NCBI GenBank assembly: GCA_963695095.1 | Contig: CAVOFT010000001.1 | Coordinates: forward strand, 1,718,902-1,782,901 | DNA length: 64,000 nt | Source of the DNA: an uncultured bacterium | Lineage (GTDB): Bacteria; Krumholzibacteriota; Krumholzibacteriia; JACNKJ01 | Reading direction: 5' to 3' | Part shown: piece after piece, positions 40,219 to 55,975 of the stretch | Layout: each line of letters opens with the position of its first letter | Position numbering within the stretch: the first letter of the stretch is position 1 | Made by a program: the position numbers and the translations under genes | Notes under the pieces: generated by a model | What the model was told of the DNA's origin: nothing | Database searches by the model: none | Seen by the model: only the letters and a program-made list of their open reading frames with translations

Positions 40219-41135
40219 GCCCGCGCCGGCACTGGAGCCTGCCGCGCGGGCTGCTCCGCGCGCTGCGCGCGCTGGCCATCGCAGCGCTGGCGCTCCTCGT
40301 GCTGCGGGCCGTGGCGCTGCCGCTCGCGCGCCAGCGCCAGGCGCGGCGCGTGGAGAGCGCAACCCTCATCGCCCTGCTGCCCGCCGGCCTGGAGTCCTGG
40401 TGCCTCGAGCGTCCCGCGCTGCGGCGGGCGCCGGCCCTGCTCTGGCCCAGCCCTGAGGGTCGCCTGCGCGAGCGCGCGCTCGCCTGGGGCTTGCCGCTGG
40501 CGGCGCTGGAAGCCGACTCCCTGCTCAGGCTCACGCCCTTCGGCGGCGAGTGGCTCTGCGCGCGGCGCGCCGACGGAGCCTGGCTACTCGTCGGCGCGCG
40601 CGATCGCCTGGGCGTTGCCCAGCCGACGGTGGAGGGGGAGACGCTCAGCCTCCCGGCCAGGGGCATCAGCTTGCGCCTGGCCGGCACGCGCTTCCTCGTC
40701 GCCTCCGATCCGGCCCTGCTCGCTGCTGGGGGGCCGCGCTGGCTCGACGCCCAGCGGCCCTGGCTCGAGCGCGACGACCTGCTGCTGGGCGCGGACTGGC
40801 TGGAATTCCAGGCGGCCGGCGAGGGCGGCGCCCTGCTCGGCGCCAAGTGGCTGCGGCGCAGCCTCCTGTGCGAGGGCCTGGCCTGGGACTGCGCCGCGGG
40901 AGACGGCGACCGCCGGCTGGCCGCGCTCTGTCCGGGTCCCGCGCCGGCGCCCGTGCCGGATAGCCTCCTGGCGGCGCTGCCGCTCCTGCGCCGCAGCGGT
41001 CCCTTCGCTCCCGATGGGCGCGCGCTGCCCCTCGTGGCCAGCGGTCAGGCCGAGGCCGCGGGCCTCAGCAGCGCCGAGCGGCGCTGGCGCGCGGGGTCGG
41101 CGGCCGGCCTCGCCCGCGTGCTCAGTCTGCGCTGA
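40215..41135 (+). CDS. Hypothetical membrane-anchored protein
   Basis: GTGA overlap with the helicase; N-terminal TM segment; fills the gap before the nuo promoter. Confidence 0.5.
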   Translation: MSPRRHWSLPRGLLRALRALAIAALALLVLRAVALPLARQRQARRVESATLIALLPAGLESWCLERPALRRAPALLWPSPEGRLRERALAWGLPLAALEADSLLRLTPFGGEWLCARRADGAWLLVGARDRLGVAQPTVEGETLSLPARGISLRLAGTRFLVASDPALLAAGGPRWLDAQRPWLERDDLLLGADWLEFQAAGEGGALLGAKWLRRSLLCEGLAWDCAAGDGDRRLAALCPGPAPAPVPDSLLAALPLLRRSGPFAPDGRALPLVASGQAEAAGLSSAERRWRAGSAAGLARVLSLR

Positions 41136-41165
41136 TAAAGTCGGCGCCGCGCGGGGAAATTGCCA

Positions 41166-41194
41166 TTGACAGTGCCCAGGCTCCCGAACAGTAT
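41166..41194 (+). promoter_or_regulatory. Putative nuo operon promoter
   Basis: TTGACA(41166-41171)-N17-CAGTAT. Confidence 0.5.
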
Positions 41195-41221
41195 GTCACG
41201 GATTGTGATGAAAGGTGCGAG

Positions 41222-41650
41222 ATGAGCCTGATCGCCGCCGCGGACAGCTTCGCCGCCGGCTCCTATCTTCCCATCGCCATCCTCATCCTGGTCGCCCTGC
41301 TCCTGTCGGGCGCCATGGTGGCGGCCAGCCGCTATGTCGGCCGGCGGCTGGACGCGCCGGGGAAGGCCACGCCCTACGAGTCGGGGATGGAGCCCAAGGG
41401 CGACGCCCGCGAGCGCTTCTCCGTGAAGTTCTACCTGGTCGCCATCCTGTTCATCCTCTTCGACATCGAGGTCGTCTTCCTCTACCCCTGGGCGGTTCAG
41501 CTCAAGCAGCTCGGCCGCTTCGGGCTCATCGAGATGGGCATCTTCCTGCTCATCCTCATGGTCGGCTACTTCTACATCCGCGGCAGCGGCGCCCTGGACT
41601 GGGACCGCGGCGGCCTCTACGAGCGGCGGGGGCCCGATGTCGACGCCTGA
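41222..41650 (+). CDS. nuoA: NADH-quinone oxidoreductase subunit A
   Basis: PYESG; FSVKFYLVAILFILFDIEVVFLYPWA; GALDW. Confidence 0.95.
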   Translation: MSLIAAADSFAAGSYLPIAILILVALLLSGAMVAASRYVGRRLDAPGKATPYESGMEPKGDARERFSVKFYLVAILFILFDIEVVFLYPWAVQLKQLGRFGLIEMGIFLLILMVGYFYIRGSGALDWDRGGLYERRGPDVDA

Positions 41651-42137
41651 GGAGCTGGCCGCCTTCGCCGCCCAGGCCCAGCGCTGCTTCGGGGCGGCGC
41701 TGCTGGAGCTCGAGCAGGCGAGGGGCGAGCTGACCCTGCGCGTGGGGCCGGAGGACCTGCTCGCGCTCCTGACCTGGGCCCGCGATGAGGCCGAGCCGCG
41801 CCTGAGCATGCTCACGGACATCAGCGGCGTCGACGGGCTGGGCCTGGGCTGGCAGCCCCGCTTTCGCGTCAGCTACCATCTGCTCAGCCTGGCCACGGGG
41901 CTGCGCCTGCGCGTGCAGGCCGATACCGTCGCGACGGAGACGGGCTGGGCGCTGCCCACCGCCACCGGGCTCTGGCCCATGGCCGACTGGAACGAGCGCG
42001 AGGTCTGGGACCTGATGGGCATCGCCTTCACAGGGCATCCGGATCCACGGCGCATCCTGCTGCACGAGGACTATGCGCTGGGCCATCCCCTGCGCAAGGA
42101 AGTTCCCACCCGCGGCGTGGGCGACGACAACCGCTAG
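41637..42137 (+). CDS. nuoC: NADH-quinone oxidoreductase subunit C (stand-alone)
   Basis: DISGVD; RFRVSYHLLS; WNEREVWDLMGIAFTGHPDPRRILL; GHPLRK. Confidence 0.92.
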   Translation: MSTPEELAAFAAQAQRCFGAALLELEQARGELTLRVGPEDLLALLTWARDEAEPRLSMLTDISGVDGLGLGWQPRFRVSYHLLSLATGLRLRVQADTVATETGWALPTATGLWPMADWNEREVWDLMGIAFTGHPDPRRILLHEDYALGHPLRKEVPTRGVGDDNR

Positions 42138-42211
42138 CTGCGACGCGCAGGCCGCAGGGCGCGGCCGCCCGGCCGGCGCCGGGCCGGTCTCGCGAAACGA
42201 GGAGTGAGGGC

Positions 42212-42676
42212 ATGGTCGCTGAGGCCGTCCAGCGCGAGATCGACGCCATCGTGGCGCGCTACCCGGATCCGCGTTCGGCGCTGCTGCCCATCCTGCACCT
42301 GCTGCAGCGGGAGGAGGGCTGGCTCAGCCCCGCCGCCCAGAGCTGGGCCGCCGAGCGCCTGGCGCTCAGTCCGGCGATGGTGCAGGGCGTGGTCACCTTC
42401 TACACGATGTTCAACGCCGAGCCGGTGGGCCGCCACCTGATCCAGCTCTGCCGCACCCTGAGCTGCGAGCTGCGCGGCTCGCTGGACATCCGCGCCGCCC
42501 TGAAGCAGCGCCTGGGCATCGGTCCCGGCGAGACCAGCGCCGACGGCCGCTTCACGCTGGTGGAGGTGGAGTGCCTGGGCGCCTGCGGCACGGCGCCCGC
42601 GATGATGATCGGAGAGACCTACTACGAGAATCTGACGGCCGCCGGCCTGGATGCGCTGCTGGCCGCGCATCCCTGA
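42212..42676 (+). CDS. nuoE: NADH-quinone oxidoreductase subunit E
   Basis: SALLPIL; TFYTMF; CRTLSC; ECLGAC 2Fe-2S ligands. Confidence 0.95.
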   Translation: MVAEAVQREIDAIVARYPDPRSALLPILHLLQREEGWLSPAAQSWAAERLALSPAMVQGVVTFYTMFNAEPVGRHLIQLCRTLSCELRGSLDIRAALKQRLGIGPGETSADGRFTLVEVECLGACGTAPAMMIGETYYENLTAAGLDALLAAHP

Positions 42677-42699
42677 CGAGGCCACCCGGCGAGGACGCA

Positions 42700-43979
<1,280 letters not shown>

Positions 43980-43980
<1 letters not shown>

Positions 43981-45011
43981 TGGCCGACCTCATCATCACG
44001 GTGGCGAAGATCCTGGCCATCGTGCTCGTCGTCCTGCTCGGGGTGGCCTACATGACCCTGGCCGAGCGCAAGGTCTCGGCCTTCATCCAGTGGCGGAAGG
44101 GGCCCAACCGCGTCGGTCCCTGGGGCCTGCTGCAGCCCATCGCCGACGGCCTCAAGTTCGTCCTCAAGGAGGACTTCACGCCGCCGGGCGCGAACCGGGC
44201 GCTGCACACGCTGGCCCCCATGCTGGTGATGATGCCGGCGCTGATCACCTACGCGGTCATCCCCTTCGGCGGCACCCTGCCCATCCTGGGCCACGAGGTG
44301 CGCCTGATCGTGGCTGACTTGTCCATTGGTATCCTCTTCATTTTCGCCATCGCCAGCCTCGGCGTCTACGGCATCGCCGTGGGCGGCTGGTCGAGCAACA
44401 ACAAGTACGCCCTCCTCGGCAGCTTGCGCGCCAGCGCGCAGATGATCAGCTACGAGATCGCCTTGGGCCTGGCCGTGATCCCGGTGATCATGTTCGTCGG
44501 CTCGCTGAAGCTCACGGACATCGTCGCCCACCAGGGGGCCAATCCCTGGTTCGTCCTCAGCCAGCCGCTGAGTTGCCTGCTCTTCGTGATCGCCGCCTTC
44601 GCCGAGACCAACCGCCTGCCCTTCGACCTGCCCGAGGCGGAGTCCGAGCTGGTGGCCGGCTACCACACCGAGTACAGCTCGATGAAGTTCGCCATGTTCA
44701 TGCTCGGCGAGTACGTCAACATGATGACGGCCAGCGCGCTGATCGTGACGCTCTTCTTCGGCGGCTATCACCTACCCTGGGTAGAGGGCCTGGCCTTCTT
44801 CGGCGCCCACCCCGGCTGGCTGGCGCTGCTGCAGATCGCCACCTTCCTGGCCAAGGTCTGCGTCTGGCTCTTCATCTTCCTGTGGGTGCGCTGGTCGCTG
44901 CCGCGCTTCCGCTACGATCAGCTGATGGGTCTGGGCTGGCGCGTGCTGCTGCCCCTCGCCCTGGCCAACCTGGCCTTCTACGGTCTGTGGACCCTCAAGG
45001 ACCTGCAGTAG
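43980..45011 (+). CDS. nuoH: NADH-quinone oxidoreductase subunit H
   Basis: ERK; GPNRVGPWGLLQPIADGLK; AETNRLPFDLPEAESELVAGY; PRFRYDQLM. Confidence 0.96.
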
Positions 45012-45020
45012 GGAGGGCGC

Positions 45021-45512
45021 GTGAAAGAGCTTCTCTTCTATTTCTTCGCCGTCCTCGCCCTGGTCTCGGGGCTGCTCGTGATCACGCGGCGCAATCCGCT
45101 CACCGCTGCGCTCTACCTGGTGCTCGCCTTCTTCTCGCTGGCCGGGATCTACGTCCTGCTCGACGCCTTCTTCCTGGCCGCGGTGCAGGTGGCGGTCTAC
45201 GCGGGCGCCATCATGGTGCTCTTCCTCTTCGTGATCATGCTGCTCAATCTGGGCCCCGACGACCTGCCGCCGATCATGACCCGCAAGGTGCGCTGGGTCT
45301 ACGCGGCCGCCAGCGCTCTGCTCGTAGTGGTCTTCCTGGCCCTCGATCTGGGCCGCCGGCTGCCGCCGCCGGCACCGGGGCCCGCGGGCGAGGTGGGGGC
45401 CATCGGCGAGCGCCTCTTCGGCGCCTACCTGCTGCCCTTCGAAATCACCGCCGTCCTGCTCCTGGTGGCCATCGTCGGTTCCGTGGTGCTGGCCCACCGC
45501 GAGTCCAAGTGA
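45021..45512 (+). CDS. nuoJ: NADH-quinone oxidoreductase subunit J
   Basis: QVAVYAGAIMVLFLFVIMLL; YLLPFE. Confidence 0.95.
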   Translation: MKELLFYFFAVLALVSGLLVITRRNPLTAALYLVLAFFSLAGIYVLLDAFFLAAVQVAVYAGAIMVLFLFVIMLLNLGPDDLPPIMTRKVRWVYAAASALLVVVFLALDLGRRLPPPAPGPAGEVGAIGERLFGAYLLPFEITAVLLLVAIVGSVVLAHRESK

Positions 45513-45530
45513 AGCGCTAGGAGGCGCGCC

Positions 45531-45833
45531 GTGATCGATCTCAACCATGCGCTCGTCGTCTCCTTCCTGCTCTTCGGCATCGGCGTGGCCGGCGTGCTGC
45601 TGCGCCGCAACGCGATCGTCGTCTTCATGTCCATCGAGCTGATGCTCAACGCGGTCAACCTGGCGCTCGTCACCTTCTCTCGCCTGCGCGGCGACCTCGA
45701 CGCCCAGGTGCTCTGCTTCTTCGTGATGGCGGTGGCGGCCGCGGAGGCGGCCATCGGTCTCGGCCTCGTCATCGCGCTGTTCAGGCGGCACGAGAGCATC
45801 GACCTCGACCGGGCGACCCTGCTCAGGAGCTAG
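45531..45833 (+). CDS. nuoK: NADH-quinone oxidoreductase subunit K
   Basis: [19 protein letters not shown]; AAAEAAIGL. Confidence 0.96.
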   Translation: MIDLNHALVVSFLLFGIGVAGVLLRRNAIVVFMSIELMLNAVNLALVTFSRLRGDLDAQVLCFFVMAVAAAEAAIGLGLVIALFRRHESIDLDRATLLRS

Positions 45834-45835
45834 GC

Positions 45836-47783
<1,948 letters not shown>

Positions 47784-47792
47784 GGGGGAAGG

Positions 47793-49384
<1,592 letters not shown>

Positions 49385-49390
49385 GCCACC

Positions 49391-50836
49391 GTGGACTCGA
49401 GCCTCAGCCTGGCCGCCCCCGCCATCGTGCTCGTGCTCGCGGCGATGCTCGTGCTGCTCGTCGAGCTGCCCCGGCGCCGCCGCGGCGGCGGCGAGGGCTG
49501 GCTCTCGGATGCCATTGCCCTCGCCGGCTTCGCCGTGGCGGCAGTGCTCGTCCTGCGCCAGTGGGGCGCGCCCAGCAGCCTCGGCTTCGGCGGCCGCTGG
49601 GTGCAGGATGGTCTGGCCACCTATTTCCACCTGCTCTTCCTGGGCATCGGCGCCGCCACCCAGCTGATGGCGATGCCCTACCTGCGCCGGGAGGCGCTGC
49701 CGCGGCTGGAGTTCCTCGCCCTGCTGCTCTTCGCCGTCACCGGCATGCTGCTCATGGCCGCCGCCACCGAGCTGATCACCTTCTTCCTCGCCCTGGAACT
49801 CCTCTCGATGGCGCTCTACGTGCTGGCCGGCTACCAGCGCCGCCAGGCGCGCAGCATCGAGGCGGCGATCAAGTACTTCCTGCTCGGCGCCTTCGCCAGC
49901 GCGCTCCTGCTCATGGGCATGGCCCTGCACTGGGGGGCCACGGGCAGCCTCGCCCTGCACGCGGCCGCGCCGGTGGGCGCCGGCGCCCAGTTCAGTCCCG
50001 CCCTGGCGCGGGCCGGCTTCTGGCTCATCCTCGTCGGCTTCGCCTTCAAGGTGAGCGCCGTGCCCTTCCACTTCTGGACGGCCGATGTCTACGACGGCAG
50101 TCCGGCGCCGGTGGCCGCCCTGATGGCGACGGGCACGAAGGCGGCCGCCTTCGCCGGGCTGCTGCGCCTGCTGGGCCCGGGTCTGGCGCCGCCGCCGGCC
50201 GAGTGGGTGCCCGTGCTCTGGTGGCTGGCCGTGCTGACGATGTCGGTGGGCAACCTGATGGCCATCGTGCAGAGCAATCTCAAGCGCATGCTGGCCTTCT
50301 CCAGCGTCGCCCACGCGGGCTACCTGCTGGTGGCGGTCGTGACCGCCACGCAGGGCGCGGCGCGGGCGCTGCTCTTCTATCTGGTGGCCTACACGCTGAT
50401 GAACCTGGGCGCCTTCGCCGTGCTCAGCCTCGTCGCCCGCAAGGGCGAGGAGTACCAGTCCATCTACGACTATGCGGGCCTCGCCCGGCGGCAGCCCGCC
50501 CTCGCGATCCTGATGAGCGTCTTCCTCTTCGCCCTGGCCGGGATCCCGCCCACGGCGGGCTTCACGGGCAAGTTCGTCATCTTCGCCGAGGCGGTGCGCG
50601 CCGGTCTGCTGCCCCTGGCGATCATCGCCGTGCTCAACAGCCTGGTCTCGGTCTACTACTACCTGCGGGTCATCTACCTGATGACCATGAAGGAGGAGTG
50701 GGAGGAGACACCGGCCTTCGGCGTGCCGGCACCCGTGGCGCTGGTCCTGGCCGGCGCCCTGCTGCTCGTGCTCTGGCTGGGGCTGGCCCCCGGCCAGCTG
50801 CTGGCGGCCGCTGCCTATGCGGCGCGCGCGCTCTGA
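49391..50836 (+). CDS. nuoN: NADH-quinone oxidoreductase subunit N
   Basis: EAAIKYFLLG; FKVSAVPFHFWTADVYDG; KRMLAFSS; GIPPTAGFTGK; YYYLR. Confidence 0.95.
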   Translation: MDSSLSLAAPAIVLVLAAMLVLLVELPRRRRGGGEGWLSDAIALAGFAVAAVLVLRQWGAPSSLGFGGRWVQDGLATYFHLLFLGIGAATQLMAMPYLRREALPRLEFLALLLFAVTGMLLMAAATELITFFLALELLSMALYVLAGYQRRQARSIEAAIKYFLLGAFASALLLMGMALHWGATGSLALHAAAPVGAGAQFSPALARAGFWLILVGFAFKVSAVPFHFWTADVYDGSPAPVAALMATGTKAAAFAGLLRLLGPGLAPPPAEWVPVLWWLAVLTMSVGNLMAIVQSNLKRMLAFSSVAHAGYLLVAVVTATQGAARALLFYLVAYTLMNLGAFAVLSLVARKGEEYQSIYDYAGLARRQPALAILMSVFLFALAGIPPTAGFTGKFVIFAEAVRAGLLPLAIIAVLNSLVSVYYYLRVIYLMTMKEEWEETPAFGVPAPVALVLAGALLLVLWLGLAPGQLLAAAAYAARAL

Positions 50837-50848
50837 GTCCGGGCTCGC

Positions 50849-50878
50849 TTGACCGCGTGCGCGGCCCGGGCGTAGACT
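50849..50878 (+). promoter_or_regulatory. Putative promoter of the S55 peptidase operon
   Basis: TTGACC(50849-50854)-N18-TAGACT. Confidence 0.4.
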
Positions 50879-50931
50879 CGCGCCCCCGCCCGCCCGGCCT
50901 TCCCTCGAGGACCTTCGCAAAGGATGGCTGC

Positions 50932-52779
50932 ATGCCTCGCCCCCTCCGCTTCGGCGCCGCAGCCGCCGCCCTCGCGCTTCTCCTGGCTGCGGGCGGCCCG
51001 CCGGCCTCGGCCGCGGAGCTCTTTCCGCTCGCGGAACTCAGGCCCGGACTGCGGGGCGAAGGCTTCAGCGTCTTCGCGGGGGACAGCATCAGTCGCTTCC
51101 CGGTGGAGATCGTCGATCGCATCGTCGGGCGCGCGCCCCACGAGCTGATCCTCGTGCGCTGCCTGGGCGAGCAGCTGGCGCGCGACGGCATCAGCCAGGG
51201 CATGAGCGGCAGCCCGGTCTACGTGGAGGGCCGCTGGCTGGGGGCCATCGCCTACAACTTCAGCTTCGCCAAGGAACCGCTGGCCCTGGTGACGCCGGCC
51301 GCCGCCATGCTCGCCCTGGGCGATCGGGCGCGGGGGACAGGGCCTCGCGCCGCCGGGGGCAGCCAGCGGACGCTGCCTTATCTGGCCGCGGACTGGTCGC
51401 CCGCGCTCGCGCCGCTGGCGCTGCCCGCCGCTGGTCCCCTGCCGCTGGCCGTGGGCGGACTGGCGCCGGCGGCCATGCAGCGCCTGACGGAGCGCTATCG
51501 GCCGGCCGGCCTCGAGTTCATGCCCCTGGGTGTCGCGGCCGGCACCGCCAGCTCCGGCAGCGAGGAGAGCGCGCCGGCCTTGCTTCCCGGCGCGGCCCTG
51601 GCCGTCGAGCTCCTGCGCGGGCCGATCACGACGGCGGCGCTGGGCACGCTCAGCCACGTGGAGGGCGACAAGCTCTGGGCCTTCGGCCATCCCTTCCTCG
51701 GCGAGGGTCCGAGCGAACTGCCCCTGGCCGCGGCCCACATCCACGCCGTGCTGCCCAGCCTCTTCAACTCCTTCAAGCTCGGCACGATGGGGGAGCGCGT
51801 GGGCAGCCTGCTCGTCGACGGCGAGGCGGGCATCTACGGCCAGCTCGGCCCCGGTCCCTCCCTGCTGCCCCTGCGCGTGCAGCTCAGCCGCGCGGGGGGC
51901 CGCGAGAGCGCGGCCTTCGAGCTGGTCCGCCACCGGCAGCTCACTCCCCTGCTCGCCCGCCTCGCCCTGGACGGCTGGCTGCCCGCCCATCTCGGCGAGC
52001 AGGAGCAGGGCGCCCTGGAGCTGGTCCTCGGCCTGGCGCCGGCCCGCGGCGAGCCCGCCATGCCGCCCTTGCGCCTCGAGGAGCGCTTCGCCGGCCGGGG
52101 CAGCGCGCAGGCGGCGGGAGCCTGGCTGCAATCCCTGCTGCAAGCGCTCGCGGAGAGCCCCGAGGGTCCCCTGCCGCTGGACTCCCTCAGCGTGGAACTC
52201 ACCTGGCGCGGCGGCGAGGAGCCCCTGCGCCTGCATGACCTCAGCCTGCAGCGGGAGGCCGTGCGCGGCGGCGAGCCCTGGCAGCTCTGCCTCCGCCTCG
52301 CCCAGGACGGCGAACCGGGCCAGGCCGCCCCCCGCGAGTGGCGCCTGGCCTTTCCGGATCCCGCGCTCGGCCCCATCGAGCGGCTCGTCGGCGCCCTGCC
52401 GCCCGGGGACTACCGGCTGCACGTCGCCGACGGCACCAGCTTCGAGCGCTGGAACGCCGCCCGCCAGCCCGCGCTCTACACCGTCGACGACCATGCGGCG
52501 CTGCTTGCGCTGCTCGGGCGGCTGGCGAGCAGCGGCGAGTGGGTGCTCTGGCTCGAGGCCCCGGGCGAGGACCGCGTGGCGGCCGGCCGCGAGTTCAACC
52601 TGCCTCTGCGCTATCGCGCGCTGGCGCCCGTCTCGCGCCGCGAAGCCATCCTGAGTCCCAAGGAGCCGCGGCGGATCCTGGCCCTGCAGCGCCTCGAGGT
52701 GCCGGCCGGCGCCGCCGCGGCCGGACACCTCTCGATGCCGGTCACCGTTCTGGACACCCCGCGAAGGAGCAAGCCGTGA
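50932..52779 (+). CDS. SpoIVB peptidase S55 domain protein (exported)
   Basis: Signal peptide; LRPGLRGEGFSVF; ISQGMSGSPVY; GAIAY; AFGHPF. Confidence 0.85.
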   Translation: MPRPLRFGAAAAALALLLAAGGPPASAAELFPLAELRPGLRGEGFSVFAGDSISRFPVEIVDRIVGRAPHELILVRCLGEQLARDGISQGMSGSPVYVEGRWLGAIAYNFSFAKEPLALVTPAAAMLALGDRARGTGPRAAGGSQRTLPYLAADWSPALAPLALPAAGPLPLAVGGLAPAAMQRLTERYRPAGLEFMPLGVAAGTASSGSEESAPALLPGAALAVELLRGPITTAALGTLSHVEGDKLWAFGHPFLGEGPSELPLAAAHIHAVLPSLFNSFKLGTMGERVGSLLVDGEAGIYGQLGPGPSLLPLRVQLSRAGGRESAAFELVRHRQLTPLLARLALDGWLPAHLGEQEQGALELVLGLAPARGEPAMPPLRLEERFAGRGSAQAAGAWLQSLLQALAESPEGPLPLDSLSVELTWRGGEEPLRLHDLSLQREAVRGGEPWQLCLRLAQDGEPGQAAPREWRLAFPDPALGPIERLVGALPPGDYRLHVADGTSFERWNAARQPALYTVDDHAALLALLGRLASSGEWVLWLEAPGEDRVAAGREFNLPLRYRALAPVSRREAILSPKEPRRILALQRLEVPAGAAAAGHLSMPVTVLDTPRRSKP

Positions 52780-54878
52780 TCCTGCTGCGCGCCGCCCGAG
52801 TCGGCCTCGCCCTTCTCCTCCTGTTGCCCGCCGCCGCCGGCGCCGTGCGCACGGAGTACTATCGCTACGCCCGCATGGAGGACTACCAGGACGCCAGCTT
52901 CCGCGAACTCGTCCTGGCCGACGACGGCAGCTGGCGCCTCGGCGCGCGCTGGCAGGAACTGCTGGCCGACGAGGTCGACTACTTCTCCGAACTCGCCGAC
53001 GATGGCAAGACCCTGCTCCTGGTCGGCGGCGGCAATCCGGGCAAGCTGGTGCTCTTCGACAAGGCGGGCGGGCGCCACCGCCAGATCCACAGCGCCCCCG
53101 ACGAGCTCTTCGCCTGCGCCGAGAACCTGGGTCCGGGCGAGTGGATGGCGGGCGCCGGTCCCGGCGGCACGGTCCACCGCGTCAACGCGGCGGGGGAAGT
53201 GACGACGGCGATCGCCACGGGCGAGGAGTTCGTCTGGGACCTGCTCAAGGACGGCCAGACGCTCTGGATCGCCACCGGGAGCCGCGGGGCCATCCTCAGG
53301 CACGATCTCAAGAGCGGCGCCACGGAGACCTTCGCCACCCTGCCTGACCAGAGCGTTTTCTGCCTGGCCCTGGACGGCGAGGGCCGCCTCCTCGCCGGCA
53401 CCAGCGGCGCGGGTCTGCTCTATCGCTTCGCGCGGGACGGGAAGCGCGAGCAGCTCGCGGACTTCGATGCCGAGGAAGTGCAGGCGCTCGTCGCCGAAGC
53501 GGATGGCGCCATCGTCGTGGCGGTGGCCCAGGCCGAGCCCGACTGCGAGGAGAACTGCGCGGCCGTCTACCGTCTCCAGCCAGATGGCCTGCTCGAGAAG
53601 TTGCTCGGCTCGGATTCGGCCTTCATCGGCGATCTGCTGCCGAGCCCGGCGGGCGGGCTCTGGGTGGCCGCCGGCGACCCCGGCGAACTGGACCGTCTCA
53701 CGGGCCCCTATCACGGCGAGGTGCTGGGCGTCGAGCCCGAGCGCTATTACAGCGACCTCGCTCTGGACGCCGACGGCGAGACGCTCTGGCTCCTGCAGTC
53801 CAAGCCGGCCCGGCTCCTGCGCATCGGCGGCCGCGCCGAGACGGGTACCTTGACCTCGGAGGTGCTCGACCTGAACAACCGCAGCCGGATGGGCTCGCTG
53901 TGGCTCGAGGCCGAAGTGCCGCGGGGCTGCGGCTTCACGGTGGAGGCCCGCGCCGGCCATGGCGCGGAGCCCGGCGAGGGCTGGACGGACTGGGCCTCCG
54001 GCGCGAGCGAGACGGGTGGGGCGGGTCTGGGCTACCGCTTCGCGCTGCCCACTGCGCGCTACTTCCAGTGGCGCATCCGCTTCGAGGGCGCGGGCGAGCG
54101 GAGCCCGCACCTCCATCGGGTGACGGCCAGCTTCCTGCCCCTGAACCGCGCGCCCCTGGTGGGCAATTTCAATCTGCTGCGGCCGGAGGCGGGGCCCTTC
54201 GAAGACGCCATCGACCTGGGCGGCCGCCCCTTCACGCAGGTGCTCGAGCGCGGCGTCCGCGTGCAGTACCAGCAGAAGAGCGGACCCGACCTTGCGGCGG
54301 ATCCGGACCTGGCCGCCTGGCGCGGGCTGCGCGAACTGCACTGGGACTGGCTGGACCCGGACGCGGACCGCCTGCGCGGGCGCATCGACCTGCAGCGCGA
54401 GGGCGAAACGCGCTGGCAGACCCTGGTGGAGGACTGGACGAGCAACACCTACACCTGGGACACGCGCGGCCTGCCCGATGGCCGCTATCGCCTGCGCCTC
54501 GTCGTCGACGACGGCCTGGACAACGGCGCCGGCTTCGCGCGGACCAGCGAAGTGGAGAGCGAGCGCGTGCTCCTGGACAGCGAGCCGCCGGTCTGCGCGC
54601 TGGCGCTGGAGCGCCGGGAGGGGTCACTGCGCCTGCGCGGCAGCGTGGCGGATGCCGCGAGCCTGCTCACGCAGGTGCAGCTGCGCGTGGGGGAGGAGCC
54701 CTGGCGTCGCCTCACCCAGTCCGACGGCCTCATGGACCGCCAGCGCCTGGACCTGGACCTCGATCTCGACCCGGCGCCCGCGGCCGCGCAGCTCGAGCTG
54801 CGCGCCGGCGACGAGTACGGCAACTGGGGCTACTTCCGCAGTGAGCTGCCGGTGCCGCCCGCCCGGTCCGGCCGCTAG
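52776..54878 (+). CDS. Exported beta-propeller plus Ig/Fn3-like domain protein
   Basis: GTGA overlap; signal peptide; propeller-type repeats ([16 protein letters not shown]); ARYFQWR; NRAP; [11 protein letters not shown]. Confidence 0.75.
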   Translation: MILLRAARVGLALLLLLPAAAGAVRTEYYRYARMEDYQDASFRELVLADDGSWRLGARWQELLADEVDYFSELADDGKTLLLVGGGNPGKLVLFDKAGGRHRQIHSAPDELFACAENLGPGEWMAGAGPGGTVHRVNAAGEVTTAIATGEEFVWDLLKDGQTLWIATGSRGAILRHDLKSGATETFATLPDQSVFCLALDGEGRLLAGTSGAGLLYRFARDGKREQLADFDAEEVQALVAEADGAIVVAVAQAEPDCEENCAAVYRLQPDGLLEKLLGSDSAFIGDLLPSPAGGLWVAAGDPGELDRLTGPYHGEVLGVEPERYYSDLALDADGETLWLLQSKPARLLRIGGRAETGTLTSEVLDLNNRSRMGSLWLEAEVPRGCGFTVEARAGHGAEPGEGWTDWASGASETGGAGLGYRFALPTARYFQWRIRFEGAGERSPHLHRVTASFLPLNRAPLVGNFNLLRPEAGPFEDAIDLGGRPFTQVLERGVRVQYQQKSGPDLAADPDLAAWRGLRELHWDWLDPDADRLRGRIDLQREGETRWQTLVEDWTSNTYTWDTRGLPDGRYRLRLVVDDGLDNGAGFARTSEVESERVLLDSEPPVCALALERREGSLRLRGSVADAASLLTQVQLRVGEEPWRRLTQSDGLMDRQRLDLDLDLDPAPAAAQLELRAGDEYGNWGYFRSELPVPPARSGR

Positions 54879-54880
54879 CG

Positions 54881-55975
54881 ATGGCGGGGCCTGCCGCCGG
54901 CTTCCGGCGCCTGCTTCTGCTCGCCGACGGCGCCCTGGCCAGGCCGAATGCGAAGACGGCCTTCGCCGTGCTGCGCTTCCAGCCGGAGCGAGCCGTGGCG
55001 CTGCTGGACCGCGAGACCGCCGGCTGCTCGGCCCAGGAGGTGCTGGGCTACGGGGGCGCGCTGCCCATCCTGGCCAGCGTCGCCGAGGCCCTGCCGCTGG
55101 CGCCCGACGGTCTGCTCGTCGGCGTCGCCCCGGCGGGCGGCGGCCTGCCCCCGGCCTACGTCCCCTTCTGCGTCGATGCCCTGGCCGCGGGTCTGGATCT
55201 CGCCAGCGGCCTGCATCGCTTTCTCGGTGAGGATCCCGAGTGGGCGTCGCGCGCGGCGAGCGGTGGCGCCCGCATCTGGGACCTGCGCCGACCGCCCGCA
55301 GCGCTGCGCGTGGCCACCGCGCCGCGGCCGCGGCGAGCGCGCGTGCTGCTCAGCGTGGGCAGCGACTGCAAGGTGGGCAAGATGACGGCCACCCTCCTCC
55401 TCGCCCGCGAGCTCGCAGCGCGCGGCCGGCGCGCGCGGGTGCTGGCCACGGGGCAGACCGGGCTCTTCCTCACCGGCGAGGGCATCTGCGTGGACGCCCT
55501 GCCGGCCGACTTCGTGGCCGGCGCCGTGCAGGCGGGTCTGGACGCCCTGGAGGGCGAGGCCGCGCCCGGTGCTACGCCGCCCGAGTGGCTGCTCGTCGAG
55601 GGCCAGGGTTCGCTCGCTCACCCCGCCTTCTCCGGCGTGAGCCTGGGCCTCCTCCACGGCAGCGCACCCGATGCGCTGCTGCTCTGCCATGAGGCCGGCC
55701 GGCGCCTCACCTCGCACATGGCGGACTGGCCGCTGCCGCCCCTGGCCGAAGTGCGCCGGCAGGTGGAAACCGCCGCGGCCTGGCTGAAGCCCGCTTCCGT
55801 CATCGCCGTGGCGCTGAACACGGCGGCCCTCGCCGAGAGCGCGGCGCGCGCCGCCTGCACGGAGCTCGCCGCCGAGCTCGGGCTCGCCGTCACCGATCCC
55901 CTGCGCTTCGGCGCGGCGGCCCTGGCCGACGCCCTGAGCGCCTTCCCGGGGAAGCAGAAGGAGGCTCCGGCATGA
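54881..55975 (+). CDS. DUF1611 domain protein (DgcN-like)
   Basis: AKTA; GVAPAGG; SGLH; [11 protein letters not shown]; ATGQTG; DFVAGA; [15 protein letters not shown]; DPLRFG. Confidence 0.88.
   Translation: MAGPAAGFRRLLLLADGALARPNAKTAFAVLRFQPERAVALLDRETAGCSAQEVLGYGGALPILASVAEALPLAPDGLLVGVAPAGGGLPPAYVPFCVDALAAGLDLASGLHRFLGEDPEWASRAASGGARIWDLRRPPAALRVATAPRPRRARVLLSVGSDCKVGKMTATLLLARELAARGRRARVLATGQTGLFLTGEGICVDALPADFVAGAVQAGLDALEGEAAPGATPPEWLLVEGQGSLAHPAFSGVSLGLLHGSAPDALLLCHEAGRRLTSHMADWPLPPLAEVRRQVETAAAWLKPASVIAVALNTAALAESAARAACTELAAELGLAVTDPLRFGAAALADALSAFPGKQKEAPA

Noticed and set aside
36784-40362. Very long antisense and alternative-frame ORFs (e.g. 36784-40362 minus, 4415-6631 plus, 48731-50920 minus, 12153-14168 minus)
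   Set aside because: Shadow ORFs expected at this GC content; they overlap well-supported genes and carry no recognisable motifs
41194-41220. Rex or CRP/FNR-like box before nuoA (TCAC-GGATT-GTGA)
   Set aside because: Half-sites are in the wrong orientation and spacing for TGTGA-N6-TCACA; too weak to call
42138-42211. nuoD remnant or terminator between nuoC and nuoE
   Set aside because: Only a short GC-rich stem with no U-tract and no recognisable coding similarity
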